Assembly: GCA_964016885.1 (NCBI GenBank)
Contig: OZ024750.1
Coordinates: 51,398,001 to 51,462,000, forward strand
Direction: 5' to 3'
DNA length: 64,000 bases
From: Eledone cirrhosa
Taxonomy: Eukaryota
This document shows positions 40,278 through 56,185 of this stretch, piece after piece. The notes beneath the pieces are model-generated. The model was given only the letters and a program-made list of their open reading frames with translations, searched no databases and was not told the origin of the DNA. Numbering within the stretch: position 1 is the stretch's first letter; the number at the start of each line of letters is the position of its first letter. Both the position numbers and the translations under genes were made by a program.

Positions 40278-40432
40278 CAGGCTGATGAAGTGGCAGAATC
40301 GGTAGCGCGTCAGATAACATGCTTTGCAGTGTATTGTTACGTCCCTTTACGTTCTGAGTTCAAATCCCCCTGGGGTTAACTTTCACCCTTACGGGGTCAA
40401 TAAAATAAAGCACCTGTAATGCACTGGAGTCG
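40278..40432 (+). mobile_element. tRNA-derived SINE (diverged)
   Basis: TGGCAGAATCGGTAG..GAGTTCAAATCC..GGGGTCAATAAAATAAAG. Confidence 0.75.
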
Positions 40433-40435
40433 TAA

Positions 40436-40720
40436 AGATGTGAATTCGATTCGTGGGCCGGGTAGTACGTTGTGTCTTGAGCAAGACTCCTTATTTTACG
40501 TTCCTCCAGTCAATTCAACTGGGGGGAAAATTAGTTGTACCTATGATTTAAAGGTCCAGAGCCATATCAGTCACTGAATCACACTGAATTGCTCTGAGAA
40601 CTATGGTAAGAATACCCGTGTCTGTGAAATGCTCAGCCACTTGCACGTTAATTTCATGAATAGTCTGCTATGTTGATCACAGAACTGGAACTCTGGTCGT
40701 CGGAACCAACGATGGTCCAA
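40436..40720 (+). mobile_element. Second SINE family (diverged)
   Basis: B-box-like TTCGATTC followed by GTGTCTTGAGCAAGAC, a central motif common in metazoan SINEs. Confidence 0.45.
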
Positions 40721-40939
40721 ACCTGGAATGTCAGCCATTGCAAGGAAGACTGTAAATCCAATAATTCTCCAACTATTAATATATCGTTTAGTTCTTTTGC
40801 TTTTTTGTTTTGTTTTTGTTTTGTTTTTGTTTTGTTTTTCTAATTACAAATTATCAATTTTTATTAATCAATCAAGTTCTCGTAATTAATGCAATCAATC
40901 AAGTTTGGTAATTAATGCAGTCGTTATGATGCTTCACTA

Positions 40940-41140
40940 GACGTCTTCATAGTCAGAAGTCACCTCTGGTCACTCACTAACCTTACTCATGCACAGGACA
41001 GTTGCAGTGTTGAGATCTGTCCAACCTTTGATGTTGTCGAGCCAGGATTTACTTTCGAGAGAGAGGGAATCATGACTGGATACATGTCCGAACCAGGCGA
41101 GCTTCTGTCTTTTTACAGTCACAGTGAGTGGTTCCTGCCA
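40940..41140 (-). mobile_element. RTE-type LINE 3' fragment
   Basis: QEPLTVTVKRQKLAWFGHV..SWLDNIKGWT. Confidence 0.65.
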
Positions 41141-41371
41141 TATATATATTTTATAGATTATGATCATAGATTCAAATTACATTTTAAGGTGATAAAGTTC
41201 TTTCTCCTTTATTTATTAGCTGGTGGTGTTTCACTGAAGTTTCTCGTTACTGCACGCACATTCAAAATTGCTTACGGGAATTTATTTGTGCTGGAAAGTC
41301 ATTGACACCTAAATAATTCTTAAGTATGATAGACACGGCAAAACTGATAAACATTTACACATATATAATAT

Positions 41372-41555
41372 TATAATTGTTTCTACTTTTGGCACAAGGC
41401 CAGCAAATATCCCAGTGTATTACGGGTACTTTATTTTATGGACCCCGTAAGAATGAAAAGCAAAGTTAACTTCGGCGCGATTTGGCCTCAGTTCATAAAA
41501 GGCCGTAACTCTTTGCGTCAAAGCATGGCGTCCGACCCTCTACCGATACTGCCAA
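41372..41555 (-). mobile_element. tRNA-derived SINE
   Basis: Same family as 27692. Confidence 0.85.
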
Positions 41556-41929
41556 TAAATCGTTATAATAATAACTGTACATCCTTTTGTCCGTCTGCCA
41601 CACGATCGCTACGCTCTGTCGAAGACTTCTATTTTTTTTTTTTTTTAGGGAATTCATGGAAGACTGTAGTAAGAAAAGAGAAAATGATATTCACGGCTGG
41701 ATTATTTCTCGCTGTATCTCTGTTCAATAACAACCGACCTCGGGTTAAACAACGATGACAAAGCAACACATACATCTCTGTAAAGCCGCACATACACTGT
41801 AAATACAAACACACCCATCATCATAGATACACACATATACACTACCATTATAAACACACACCTGCGCAGCATTATAATTACACATATTTACACACACAGA
41901 CACATCTCATGATGAACACACACACACGC

Positions 41930-41980
<51 letters not shown>

Positions 41981-42179
41981 TGCACATACACACTCATACA
42001 TATACACTCATGCACACACACACAGACGCACGCAAAGGCATACACATACACACACATGCACACACACAGATACATACTTACTCTCATGCACACACATACA
42101 CACACACAGCAGTATAAACATAGACACACACGTCAACATCATCATCACTACCACAAACTTTAACGATACAAGCACGTCT

Positions 42180-45100
42180 CCATCACCACCACCATCAACA
42201 CCACCAATACCACTAACACCACCAACACCACCACTATCACCACCAACACCATCATCACGACCACTACCCCCAACAACACCACCAACAACACCACCACTAC
42301 CCCCAACAACACCACCAACAACACCACCACCAGCACCAACACCACTGTCACCAACATTACCACCAACACCACCACTAACACCATCACCAGCAACAACACC
42401 ACAACAACAGCCATCCACTACCCCTAACTACACACCAACCCATCAACACACACCAACTCACTACCAACACCATGTCACCAACTACCACAGACTCCACTAC
42501 CAGGTCACCAGCAACAACACCACGAACAACACCACGACTACCCCCAACAACACCACCAACAAAACACCACCAACCCCCAACAACACCACCACTACCACCA
42601 ACGAACACCACCTACTACACCTCCAAAACACATCACTCAACAACAACACCACCAAGCAACACCACCACTACCATCACCACCAACAACACACCATCGACAC
42701 CACCTACAACACCACCACTAACCTCTCACCAACAACACCAACAACTAACCCACTTCATCAACACCTCAACATCACCACTACCATCAACACCACCAACAAC
42801 ACCACCCTACCTCCAATAACACCACAACAACAACCAACACGTACCCCCAACAACACCACAAAACACCACCACTACCCCCATCAACACCAACAACAACACC
42901 ACCAACAACACCACCACTACCCCCATCAACACCACCAACAACACCAACAACAACACCACCAACAACACCACCACTACCCCCATCAACACCACCAACAACA
43001 CCACCAACAACACCACCAACAACACCACCAACAACACCACCACTACCCCCATCAACACCAACAACAACACCACCACTACCCCCAACAACACCAACAACAC
43101 CACCAACAACACCACCACTACCCCCATCAACACCACCAACAACACCACCAACAACACCACCAACAACACCACCACTACCCCCAACAACACCAACAACAAC
43201 ACCACCACTACCACCAACAACACCAACAACAACACCACCACTACCCCCATCAACACCAACAACAACACCACCAACAACACCACCACTACCCCCATCAACA
43301 CCACCAACAACACCAACAACAACACCAACAACAACACCACCAACAACACCACCACTACCCCCATCAACACCACCAACAACACCACCAACAACACCACCAA
43401 CAACACCACCAACAACACCACCACTACCCCCATCAACACCACCAACAACACCAACAACAACACCACCACTACCCCCAACAACACCAACAACAACACCACC
43501 ACTACCCCCATCAACACCAACAACAACACCACCAACAACACCACCACTACCCCCATCAACACCACCAACAACACCACCAACAACACCAACAACAACACCA
43601 ACAACAACACCACCAACAACACCACCACTACCCCCATCAACACCACCAACAACACCAACAACAACACCAACAACAACACCACCAACAACACCACCACTAC
43701 CCCCATCAACACCACCAACAACACCACCAACAACACCACCAACAACACCACCAACAACACCACCACTACCCCCATCAACACCACCAACAACACCAACAAC
43801 AACACCACCACTACCCCCATCAACACCACCAACAACACCACCAACAACACCACCAACAACACCACCACTACCCCCAACAACACCAACAACAACACCACCA
43901 CTACCCCCAACACCACCAACAACACCCCCAACAACACCACCAACAACACCACCACTACCCCCAACAACACCACCAACAACGCCACCACTACCCCCATCAA
44001 CACCACCAACAACACCACCACTACCCCCAACACCACCAACAACACCCCCAACAACACCACCAACAACACCACCACTACCCCCAACAACACCACCAACAAC
44101 ACCACCACTACCCCCAACAACACCAACAACACCCCCAACAACACCACCAACAACACCACCACTACCCCCAACAACACCACCAACAACACCACCACTGCCC
44201 CCATCAACACCACCAACAACACCACCACTACCCCCAACAACACCACCAACAACACCACCACTACCCCCATCAACACCACCAACAACACCACCACTACCCC
44301 CAACAACACCACCAACAACACCACAACTACCCCCATCAACACCACCAACAACACCACCACTACCCCCAACAACACCAACAACAACGCCACCACTACCCCC
44401 ATCAACACCACCAACAACACCACCACTACCCCCAACACCACCAACAACACCCCCAACAACACCACCAACAACACCACCACTACCCCCAACAACACCACCA
44501 ACAACACCACCACTACCCCCAACACCACCAACAACACCCCCAACAACACCACCAACAACACCACCACTACCCCCAACAACACCAACAACAACACCACCAC
44601 TACCCCCATCAACACCACCAACAACACCACCAACAACACCACCACTACCCCCATCAACACCACCAACAACACCACCACTACCCCCATCAACACCACCAAC
44701 AACACCACCAACAACAACACCACTACCCCCAACAACACCAACAACAACACCACCACTACCCCCAACAACACCACCAACAACACCACCACTACCCCCATCA
44801 ACACCACCAACAACACCACCACTACCCCCAACAACACCAACAACAACGCCACCACTACCCCCATCAACACCACCAACAACACCACCACTACCCCCAACAC
44901 CACCAACAACACCCCCAACAACACCACCAACAACACCACCGCTACCCCCAACAACACCACCAACAACACCACCACTACCCCCAACAACACCACCAACAAC
45001 ACCACCACTACCCCCATCAACACCACCAACAACACCACCAACAACACCACCACTACCCCCATCAACACCACCAACAACACCCCCAACAACACCACCAACC

Positions 45101-46800
45101 ACACCACCACTACCCCCATCAACACCACCAACAACACCACCACTACCCCCAACAACACCAACAACAACACCACCACTACCCCCATCAACACCACCAACAA
45201 CACCACCAACAACACCACCACTACCCCCATCAACACCAACAACAACACCACCACTACCCCCAACAACACCAACAACAACACCACCACTACCCCCATCAAC
45301 ACCACCAACAACACCACCAACAACACCACCACTACCCCCATCAACACCAACAACAACACCACCAACAACACCACCACTACCCCCATCACCACCACCAACA
45401 ACACCACCACTACCCCCAACAACACCAACAACAACGCCACCACTACCCCCATCAACACCACCAACAACACCACCACTACCCCCAACACCACCAACAACAC
45501 CCCCAACAACACCACCAACAACACCACCACTACCCCCAACAACACCACCAACAACACCACCACTACCCCCAACAACACCAACAACAACACCACCACTACC
45601 CCCATCAACACCACCAACAACACCACCAACAACACCACCACTACCCCCATCAACACCACCAACAACACCCCCAACAACACCACCAACAACACCACCACTA
45701 CCCCCATCAACACCACCAACAACACCACCACTACCCCCAACAACACCAACAACAACACCAACACTACCCCCATCAACACCACCAACAACACCACCAACAA
45801 CACCACCAACAACACCACCACTACCCCCATCAACACCAACAACAACACCACCAACAACACCACCACTACCCCCATCAACACCACCAACAACACCACCACT
45901 ACCCCCAACAACACCAACAACAACACCACCACTACCCCCATCAACACCACCAACAACACCACCACTACCCCCATCAACACCACCAACAACACCACCACTA
46001 CCCCCAACAACACCAACAACAACACCACCACTACCCCCATCAACACCACCAACAACACCACCAACAACACCACCAACAACACCACCACTACCCCCATCAA
46101 CACCACCAACAACACCACCACTACCCCCAACAACACCAACAACAACACCACCACTACCCCCATCAACACCACCAACAACACCACCAACAACACCACCAAC
46201 AACACCACCACTACCCCCATCAACACCACCAACAACACCATCAACAACAACACTACCACCACCAACAACAACACTACCACCAACAACACCACCACTACCA
46301 CCAACAACACCACCACTACACCCCAACACCACCACCAACAACACCAACAACAACACCACCACTACCACTACCACCACCAACAACAACACTACCCCCACCA
46401 CCACTACCACCAACAACACCACCACTACCACTACCCCCCAACACCACTACCACTACCCCCCAACACCACCACCACTACCACCAACAACAACACCACCACT
46501 ACCACTACCACCACCAACAACAACACCACCACCACCACCAACAACAACACTACCACTACCACCACTACCACTACCACTACCACCAACAACACCACCACTA
46601 CCACCAACAACACCACCACTACCCCCAACAACACCACCACTACCCCCAACAACACCACCACCACCAACAACAACACCACCACTCCCACCAACAACACCAC
46701 CACCAACAACAACAACAACACCACCACTCCCACTAACAACAACACCACCACCACCACCACTACCACCACCAACCACACCACCAACACCACCAGCAACACC
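42180..46800. repeat. 4.6 kb C/A-rich trinucleotide-phased compound repeat (core CACCACCAACAACACCACCACTACCCCCATCAA and variants)
   Basis: Seen directly; it is the source of the spurious 1215 aa and 1169 aa G/V/L ORFs on the minus strand. Confidence 0.95.
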
Positions 46801-47099
46801 TCAACATTTCATAAACACACAACACTAACAATGTACACACTGACATACACACGCACGCACACGCACACACACATACATAAAAACACACATGTATACACAC
46901 TGACATAGAAATACAGACACACACACAACAGAAAGTGACACCGAAAGTTGAAACCTAAAAAGTGGCTGATAAATAGAGACTAGCCAGAGATCAGTGAAGA
47001 CGTCGCTGGGTTGTGACCACTCTCATACTAAGATTGATTACATCATATATATAGAGGAGGGTGGGAGGAGGTGGAGGCGGAGGATGAGGAGGGGGAGGA

Positions 47100-47164
47100 G
47101 AAGAAGAAGAAGAAGAAGAAGAAGAAGAAGAAGAAGAAGAAGAAGAAGAAGAAGAAGAAGAAGA
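47100..47164. repeat. (GAA)n microsatellite
   Basis: Seen directly. Confidence 0.95.
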
Positions 47165-47189
47165 TTACTGCGGTCGGAATTATAATTCT

Positions 47190-47391
47190 CTGACGGTGGT
47201 GGATTGGCAGTATCGGTAGAGGGTCTGACGCCATGCTTTGCAGCAAAGAGTTTCGGCCCTTTATGGTCTGAGTTCAAATCCCGTCGAGGTTAACTTTGCC
47301 TTTCATTCTTACGGGGTCGATAAAATAAAGTACCAGTAATGTACTGGTGTATTGCTGGCCTTGTGCCAAAAGTAGAAACAATTATAATTCT
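47190..47391 (+). mobile_element. tRNA-derived SINE with TSD AATTATAATTCT
   Basis: TSD at 47178-47189 and 47380-47391; A-box and B-box head. Confidence 0.88.
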
Positions 47392-47392
47392 T

Positions 47393-47708
47393 TGTTAGCT
47401 TTGCCTTTCATCCTTACAGGGTCGATAAAATAAAGTACTTGTCACGTACTGGGGTCGATTTAATCAACATTCCCCTCCTCCCAAATTGCCTATAGTATAA
47501 CTCACTATTATTATTCATCCTTACGGGGTCGATAAAATAAAGTACTTGTCACGTACTGGGGTCGATTTAATCAACATTTCCCTCCTCCCAAATTGCCTAT
47601 AGTATAACTCACTATTATTATTCATCCTTAAGGGGTCGATAAAATAAAGTACCAGTAATGCACTGGATAATTGCTGGCCTTGTGCCTAAAGTAGAAACAA
47701 TTATTATT
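47393..47708 (+). mobile_element. SINE 3' half in a tandem triplication (~110 bp unit)
   Basis: TTCATCCTTA.GGGTCGATAAAATAAAGTAC at ~47407, ~47514 and ~47621. Confidence 0.8.
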
Positions 47709-47767
47709 GTTGTTGTAGTTACATTTCTACTTTTAGTCTATATATAACGTAAACAGTTTGACTCCAA

Positions 47768-48120
47768 ATCTTCTTCTTCGCCCACTTATTCCTTGGAGGA
47801 CCGTTCTCAAACACTCCTTCCAGTGGGTCTCGTCAGTAGCAACCGTCTCCAATTGATCCGGCCAGCCGAGCTCATCCATCTTGCTCGGCGTCTACCTCGG
47901 GGTCTACTCCTGGGTCTCCTGCCAGTTGGTTTTGTCAGTAAAATATGTCCAGCAATTCTTCCATGAGACATTTTAACCACATGCCTGTAATATCGGAACT
48001 GTGATCTCTCAATTCTAAGAAGTAGCACCTCTACCTGGAACGACTTTCTCATCTCCGAGCTACTCACTTTATCGAGTAACGTTACTCCAATGAGACTTGA
48101 AGATCGAAATTGCAGAAATG
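47768..48120 (-). mobile_element. RTE-type LINE 3' fragment
   Basis: LLLRIERSQFRYYRHVVKM..PTGRRPRSRPR; GAAGAAGAAG tail. Confidence 0.7.
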
Positions 48121-48363
48121 TTGTCAAAATCACCAAACAACATCGAGATAATTCCAGTTGTCATCAGGTTTGACGTTAATACTACTAAAACTGGAAAAGT
48201 ATTTTAAGCAAATAGATCTGCGGGTAATAGGTTGTTCTGTTACGAAAGACTTTTCTGTTGGGCACTGCACATATATCCAGGGAAGTATCGTCTGTCTAGG
48301 GTCTCTGTTGAGTCTCGACATGCAGTAGAAAATAAACAAATTATATGAACTGTGCAAACTATC

Positions 48364-48770
48364 AATAATTCTGGTTTCTAACTTAGGCTCAATTTTGTGG
48401 GAAGGGGAAGTTGATTAGATCTACTCTAGTGACTCGTGGAACTATATTTTATGGACTCTGGAAGGATGAAAGGCAAAAGTTGACCTCGGTGGGGTTAGAT
48501 CCTAGACAAAAAGAGCCGGGTTCTCTTTGCCAAACACTCTAGCGATTTAGCCAATCCACAACCCTAATAATAATAATATAATCTTTTCTATTTTTGACAA
48601 AAGTCCAGCATTTGTTCTTGTTGTTATTTTGGGAGGGTGGGGAGTCGATTATATCAACTCCATTACATGACTGGTACGTAATTTCATGCTATTTTATCGA
48701 GGAAACGTTGACCTCGGTATGATTTGAACTCAAAAGGTGAAGAACCAAAACAAATAGTGGGCCATGTTTA
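48364..48770 (-). mobile_element. Two old, diverged SINE copies
   Basis: GGATGAAAGGCAAAAGTTGACCTCGG and TTGACCTCGG..ATTTGAACTCA motifs. Confidence 0.65.
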
Positions 48771-49028
48771 CCAGAAACTCTTGCCATTCTGCCAAATAAA
48801 AATATAGTAAAAAACACATATACATATATTTACATACAAACATATACACTCACGAACACACACAGATAAACAAATACATTTATATTTCAGTATTACACTT
48901 AATAGAATTTTGGAAAGATACCCATACAACTTATAATAATGGGGAATATGTGCCTTGGTCAATGACGACTATGAAACTGATGGGTTTTTATTGTATTACT
49001 AATACCAAATATTAAAATACATGCACAT

Positions 49029-49108
<80 letters not shown>

Positions 49109-49111
<3 letters not shown>

Positions 49112-49302
49112 TTTTAATATAGATGAGATTCTACAGGACTAGAACTGTTTCATTCTTTAGAAATCATCAGGATTCCTGATGATTTCTAAAGAATGAAACA
49201 GTTCTAGTCCTGTAGAATCTCATCTATATTAAAACTTTTATACTCTGCTATGTATTGAGTACCTTACTTACTGTGGTTACCTCCGATTCAACCCGGAATA
49301 AC
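49109..49302 (+). mobile_element. (TA)n-flanked fold-back mini-element: perfect 64 bp palindrome (49109-49172 / 49174-49237) with a hammerhead-like core
   Basis: Centre at 49173. The right arm reads CUGAUGA-U-UUCU-AA-AGAA-U-GAAAC-AGUUCUA-GUC. A related copy lies at 60967-61040 (-). Confidence 0.7.
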
Positions 49303-49362
<60 letters not shown>

Positions 49363-49399
49363 ATAATAAATTTGAAGACTAAAATCAAAAGAGGGCTCG

Positions 49400-49795
49400 A
49401 TAAGGATATGCAAATTAGGCTGCTCAGCCCTTAATATGCATAAGGAAAGTATATACTTTCAAACGTTGAATCGACTGACGGGAGGGTATATGGTGCTGAT
49501 GACAGCTAGTAAGCTAGAAACTAGTTCATCTTTCCTTTGTCAGTGTTAAACAAAATGGCAACGATAGTTGCCGAACACTGTGCGGCTAATAATTGGGCTG
49601 TTTGTTTACAAACAAACCGAGCATTATAATAAATGTTCGGTAAACCCATACGTACATATATATATGTGTGCATGTATGTATAAATATACTACTGTACGTC
49701 TGTATACATATATGTATGTACGTATACATATATATATTTAAGTATCAGCCGTACTAAGAGTGAGAAATGAAATTTCATTTTTTCCATTTATATTT
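49400..49795 (+). mobile_element. Third copy of the 30583-31670 hammerhead terminal-repeat family
   Basis: ATATGCAAATTAGGCTGCTC..TAAGGAAAGTATATACTTTC..CCGAGCATTATAATAAATGTTCGG..CTAAGAGTGAGAAATGAAA. Confidence 0.85.
49492..49530 (+). ncRNA. Type I minimal hammerhead ribozyme
   Basis: GGUG-CUGAUGA-C-AGCU-AGUA-AGCU-A-GAAA-CUAG-UU-CAUC. Confidence 0.75.
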
Positions 49796-50145
49796 ATATA
49801 TATATATATATATATAAAGTTTATAGTTTTAAGCAGACAGTATTATTGATTTAGGTGTCATAGAAACCCTGCATTTGGATTTTACCATCAATTCCAATGG
49901 GTCCAGGTTTGTTTTTATCATTTATTTTGTTTGACCTGTTTAGCTTGATTTGTTTTTTGGCTTAGGTGAGGTGGTTAATGCCTTCTTGACCCCTTTTCAG
50001 TTTGTATGGCGTTTTAACATATTGTTTAGCTCTAGTTTTCTTAACTATTGGAGCGCTTGCCAGCATTTCTACGATTTTGCGTTTCGTTTCGCTTTTCTAC
50101 CAGCCGAAATACGATTCTCGCTGAATTTATATTTATATATATATG

Positions 50146-50195
<50 letters not shown>

Positions 50196-50307
50196 TATGT
50201 ACACGTGGGAAATGAAATTTCGTTTCATTTTTTCCGTTTATATATATATAATTGGTATTGGATGCTTAAAGCGTCTGTATGCGGTAGGCCGTGCTTCGTA
50301 GAATAAA

Positions 50308-50403
50308 GACGTATCTGAGGACCTTGCGATTTTCAGAGTCAGGTTCGATCATCACATCGATCGTGCCTCGAGCTGGTCGCCAGAGAAACGATTGTAATAT
50401 GTC
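50308..50403 (+). ncRNA. Type I hammerhead ribozyme with extended stem II, in a ~220 bp (TA)n-flanked unit (50240-50455)
   Basis: GACGUAU-CUGAGGA-[~63 nt hairpin: GCGAU/GUCGC, CAG/CUG, AGG/CCU, CGAUC/GAUCG]-GAAA-CGAUUG-UA-AUAUGUC; AATAAA directly downstream. Confidence 0.78.
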
Positions 50404-50449
50404 CAATAAATTTCATTCGTCGCAACACTGATTCTTTTTTTTTCTGTGG

Positions 50450-52268
<1,819 letters not shown>

Positions 52269-52791
52269 TATGTTTAGACAACAGAACGTGTGTATAAGAT
52301 ACAGGCGTCCTGTCGAATTTATGACAGTATTTAATTAGCTCAAGCTTGAAAGCAGAGCCGTTATATCACTTTGGTTGATACTATTCTTAAACTGTCACCT
52401 CTGAAATCCTTTACTGTGTACAATCATATTTACTTGCATTTATTTGCATTCCTTATATAATGTGTATCTTTTATATTTCATTTTTATTTTTATTTTTATT
52501 TTTATCACCTATTTTTTATTCTAATGTTTATTTTTATTTTTATTTTTATTATTTGTTATTATTTTTTTATATTTCCTTATATTATCATCACTTTTTTGTC
52601 ATCTTTATTTTATCCTTACTTCTAGACTCTACCCTTTACGTTTTATCTCTTATCTTTAATTTCCTTATCTTTTATTTTTCCTTATCTTTAATTATTGTAA
52701 CTGATTTTGGTCTTAATATGTATCGGCTTCTAGCGGTGACGTGTCCTCCAAGATTAATTGATGATGTAAGCGCTCTTTGTTTTTGTTCCAC

Positions 52792-52825
<34 letters not shown>

Positions 52826-52832
<7 letters not shown>

Positions 52833-53180
52833 TAAACGGAATAGAAAATGCTGACAAATTGTTCACAGTTGAAAAACGGTTTAATTAGGAATAAAAGAGT
52901 ATTAGTGATTGTATGGGTTAGTATTCAGTTGTGGTTTTAAGTTTTAAGATCAGAGCAAACAGCACGGACACTCTATCTCAAAATTATTTTTGAAAAGCAT
53001 TTAGAAATGCGCAACCGGTAAAGACTTAAAAACTTAAAACCACAACTGAATACTAACCCATACAATCACTAATACTCTTTTATTCCTAATTAAACCATTT
53101 TTCAACTGTGAACAATTTGTCAGCATTTTCTATTCCGTTTACCAATATATAATAACTTGTGTGTTACACCTCTATTCTTT

Positions 53181-53184
<4 letters not shown>
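52826..53184. mobile_element. Fold-back copy of the 3' terminus of the PLE family seen at 2711-2945
   Basis: ~120 bp inverted arms (52826-52947 / 53026-53150), near-identical to 2711-2945; (TA)n flanks. Confidence 0.85.
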
Positions 53185-53239
<55 letters not shown>

Positions 53240-53277
53240 TATATATATATAGAAGTGGTTACACAACAGTTTGTTCA

Positions 53278-53327
53278 CCATACCGAGAACAATTGTTTCA
53301 CCTTAGCGGATCCTCAGCTCGTAATGG
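53278..53327 (-). ncRNA. Type I minimal hammerhead ribozyme
   Basis: CCAU-UA-CGAG-CUGAGGA-UCC-GCUAA-GGU-GAAA-CAAUUG-UU-CUCG-GU-AUGG; palindromic stem III ACAAUUGU. Confidence 0.8.
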
Positions 53328-56185
53328 GCATGGTTATAGGAACAGGAAGGACAACCGTACGAACGCGCATGCGCAGAAACCCGGTCACTTCACACAGGCA
53401 ATACTAGAATGCGTGCGAGAGGTGTAAGGGAGATAACTGCGAAAGTCCGAAAAGTGTTTAGTTGATAAGAAAATTACAATGATTCAATCCGAAGCTTTGT
53501 AGTTATGCAATAGGTGTCTGGAGACGTGTGGACAACGTGTGAAAAATTCATTTCTCGTGTTTAGGCAATCACTATTGCATAATCTCTTTAAAATAGTTAT
53601 TCGTTCGTCAATACATAAGCCACACGTCGGATTTCCCCTTGCGTATGGCTTGGACTTAGTGATGGCTTTCCATTGAATGGAGTAGTCTATACTTGAGTCC
53701 TTGAGGGACCGTACGTGGTTCGCGAGTTTCGTGGATGAATGTCTGTCTGGGTACCTAAAGGTCGACTGGTGGTTCAGGAAACGTTCCTTAAATCGGCCCT
53801 CTGCCATGCCCACATAGGATTTGACCTCCTGTGATTGGTTTGGCCGGTTGGAAGTGACCACAGCTTCATAAATTACAGCTGGTGTGTTGCATTGCTGTTG
53901 AAGGGGGAAAGTTTCGGGCTTACGGCAAGAGCACCCTGGTGGGGTGTTGCTCCTAGGGCTGCTGGTGATGTGGGCCTTCATGTTCTTAGCACTTTGTGTC
54001 GATTAAAGATGGAGCGGTATTTATGACCTATGGGAAAGTGTCTATCTAAGAGGGCTAGAAATTTCTTTCCTACATTAGTTTTAACGTTGAGTGAGAAGGG
54101 AGGGGAGAACCAGATAGTTTGTCTATTGTTGCGCTTACTTTTCTTATTGCTGTTGTTGATAGTGGGAGAGTAAGTGATAGGTTGTGAGAAGCCGCTGTTA
54201 GCTAACGCCGTGTTATAGTAGGGTGCCGCCCTGTCAATGATAGCCTTATTAGAGAAGAGGTTTGAGATTCTAGTAGTGATGTTATTTAAGAAGTTTCTAA
54301 AAACAGTGGGAGTGTGGCATGAGTCTTTGTGAATGTAATTGAGTTTTTCGTTTAGCTTATGGAATGGTCTGTGGGTGTGTGTGCGAAGGTCTAAATTAAT
54401 GTCTAAGAAATCTACGCTAGAGAGGTTGGTAGCTACTGTTATCCTAAGTCCTAACACATTGAAGGTAGAAGCTAAGTCTTTTTTAAACCGGTCGAGGTCG
54501 TGACCACTTTTATGGCTCGATAAAGTCAGTCCATGAATCTAACACGTAATATGTCTAAGATAAATATGCCAACCAAGTCACATACATCAGCACTGTGAAA
54601 CGATCCCATGGAGACGTCGAATAGGTCTGAAGTTGTAGACTTCTTTTCCCAGGCTACTCCGTCGTTGAAGAGGGGGGTTTCCGGCAGTGAGCGATGATTT
54701 CTCTGTCTAAACCATCGACGACGGCAGTGTAAGTGGTAGCGAAGACCAACGATTTGTTTAACAGAGTCTCTGAGATCGACGGGTAAAAATGTGTGAACTT
54801 CGCTTTTGGGGATTTTACGGAGTTAAACCACTTAATTACGGTGTCGCTGTTCTCCCACTGGGGCAGGTTGGACTTGGTCCTAATAGTCTTAACTATGTTT
54901 CCAAATATGCTCTTACTGACTAGACCCATATCTGTGCGTGCCGGGTTTATTAGTCTACATGTGGGGTTAGAAGTAAAGTCTACCATGTGATCTTTCAGGG
55001 TGAGGAACGCCTCCCACTTAGCTAGAGATTGTAGCTTCTTATCTACCTTAAGGTCGGCGGCAAGTTATTTGGCTTCTGTATTAATGCCGTGGTAGGCCAT
55101 AGGGTTAGCTTTCTTATATTTAGAAGTAATAGCGGAAAGTGGTGTTGTCGACTTAAATATTATTAGTTTTGTCGGAAAGAACGAAGGTATTATTAGAATA
55201 CCTAAATTTCTTAATATCATTTCTGAGATTAGTTTGAAAGGTGTTAGTGTGTTTACGAAAGGAAATGTTAGCGACTAAGTCAAGAAGGTCCGTCTTGAAA
55301 GGAGCAAATTCAGTTACCTTAGGAGGGTAGGCTCTCGATTTCAGGTTGAAGGTGTTATTGGTGCCTGTAATTTTTCCGTCAAAAGCTAGGGCTCGCCATC
55401 TTAAGCGTCTGACGATATCTTCCGCTTTTTGTAGGGGAAGCCTTTGGTAAACATGGTTGGGAGGAGTTGGAATGTTCTTCAGAGAGTAATGCAGTTCGTA
55501 TAAATCCATACTGACGTTGATGAGACACAAAATTGTGTAGGACACGAGGATATAGAGAGCGTTCACAGGCTAGTAAGTCAAACTCGCACGTAAGCCCGAA
55601 GCTTGCCCCCTTCAACAACAATGCACACACACCAGCTGTAATTTATGACGCTGTGGTCACTTCCAACAGACCAAACCAATCACAGGAGGTCAAATCCTAT
55701 TTGGGCATGGCGGAGGGCCGATTTAAGGAACGTTTCCTAAGCCACCAGTCGACCTTTAGGTACCCGGACAGACATTCATCCACGAAACTCGCGAACCACG
55801 TACGGTCCCTCAAGGACTCAAGTATAGACTACTCCATTCAATGGAAAGCCATCACTAAGTCCAAGCCATACGCAAGGGGAAATCCGACGTGTGGCTTATG
55901 TATTGACGAACGAATAACTATTTTAAAGAGATTATGCAATAGTGATTGCCTAAACACGAGAAATGAATTTTTCACACGTTGTCCACACGTCTCCAGACAC
56001 CTATTGCATAACTACAAAGCTCCGGATTGAATCATTGTAATTTTCTTATCAACTAAACACTTTTCGGACTTACGCAGTTATCTCCCTTACACTCTCGCAC
56101 GCATTCTAGAATTGCCTGTGTGAAGTGACAGGGTTTTTACGCATGCGCGTTCATACGGTTGTCCTTCCTGTTCCCATAACCATGC

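Noticed and set aside
42784-46431. 1215 aa and 1169 aa G/V/L-rich ORFs on the minus strand
   Set aside because: Artefact of a stop-free trinucleotide repeat; overlapping frames are open and there is no domain content
53484-55566. Selenoprotein-type Naiad (in-frame UGA at Cys positions, SECIS)
   Set aside because: Where readable, the Cys positions here and in 29540-30193 are not TGA; interruptions are frameshifts or TAA/TAG; no SECIS recognised
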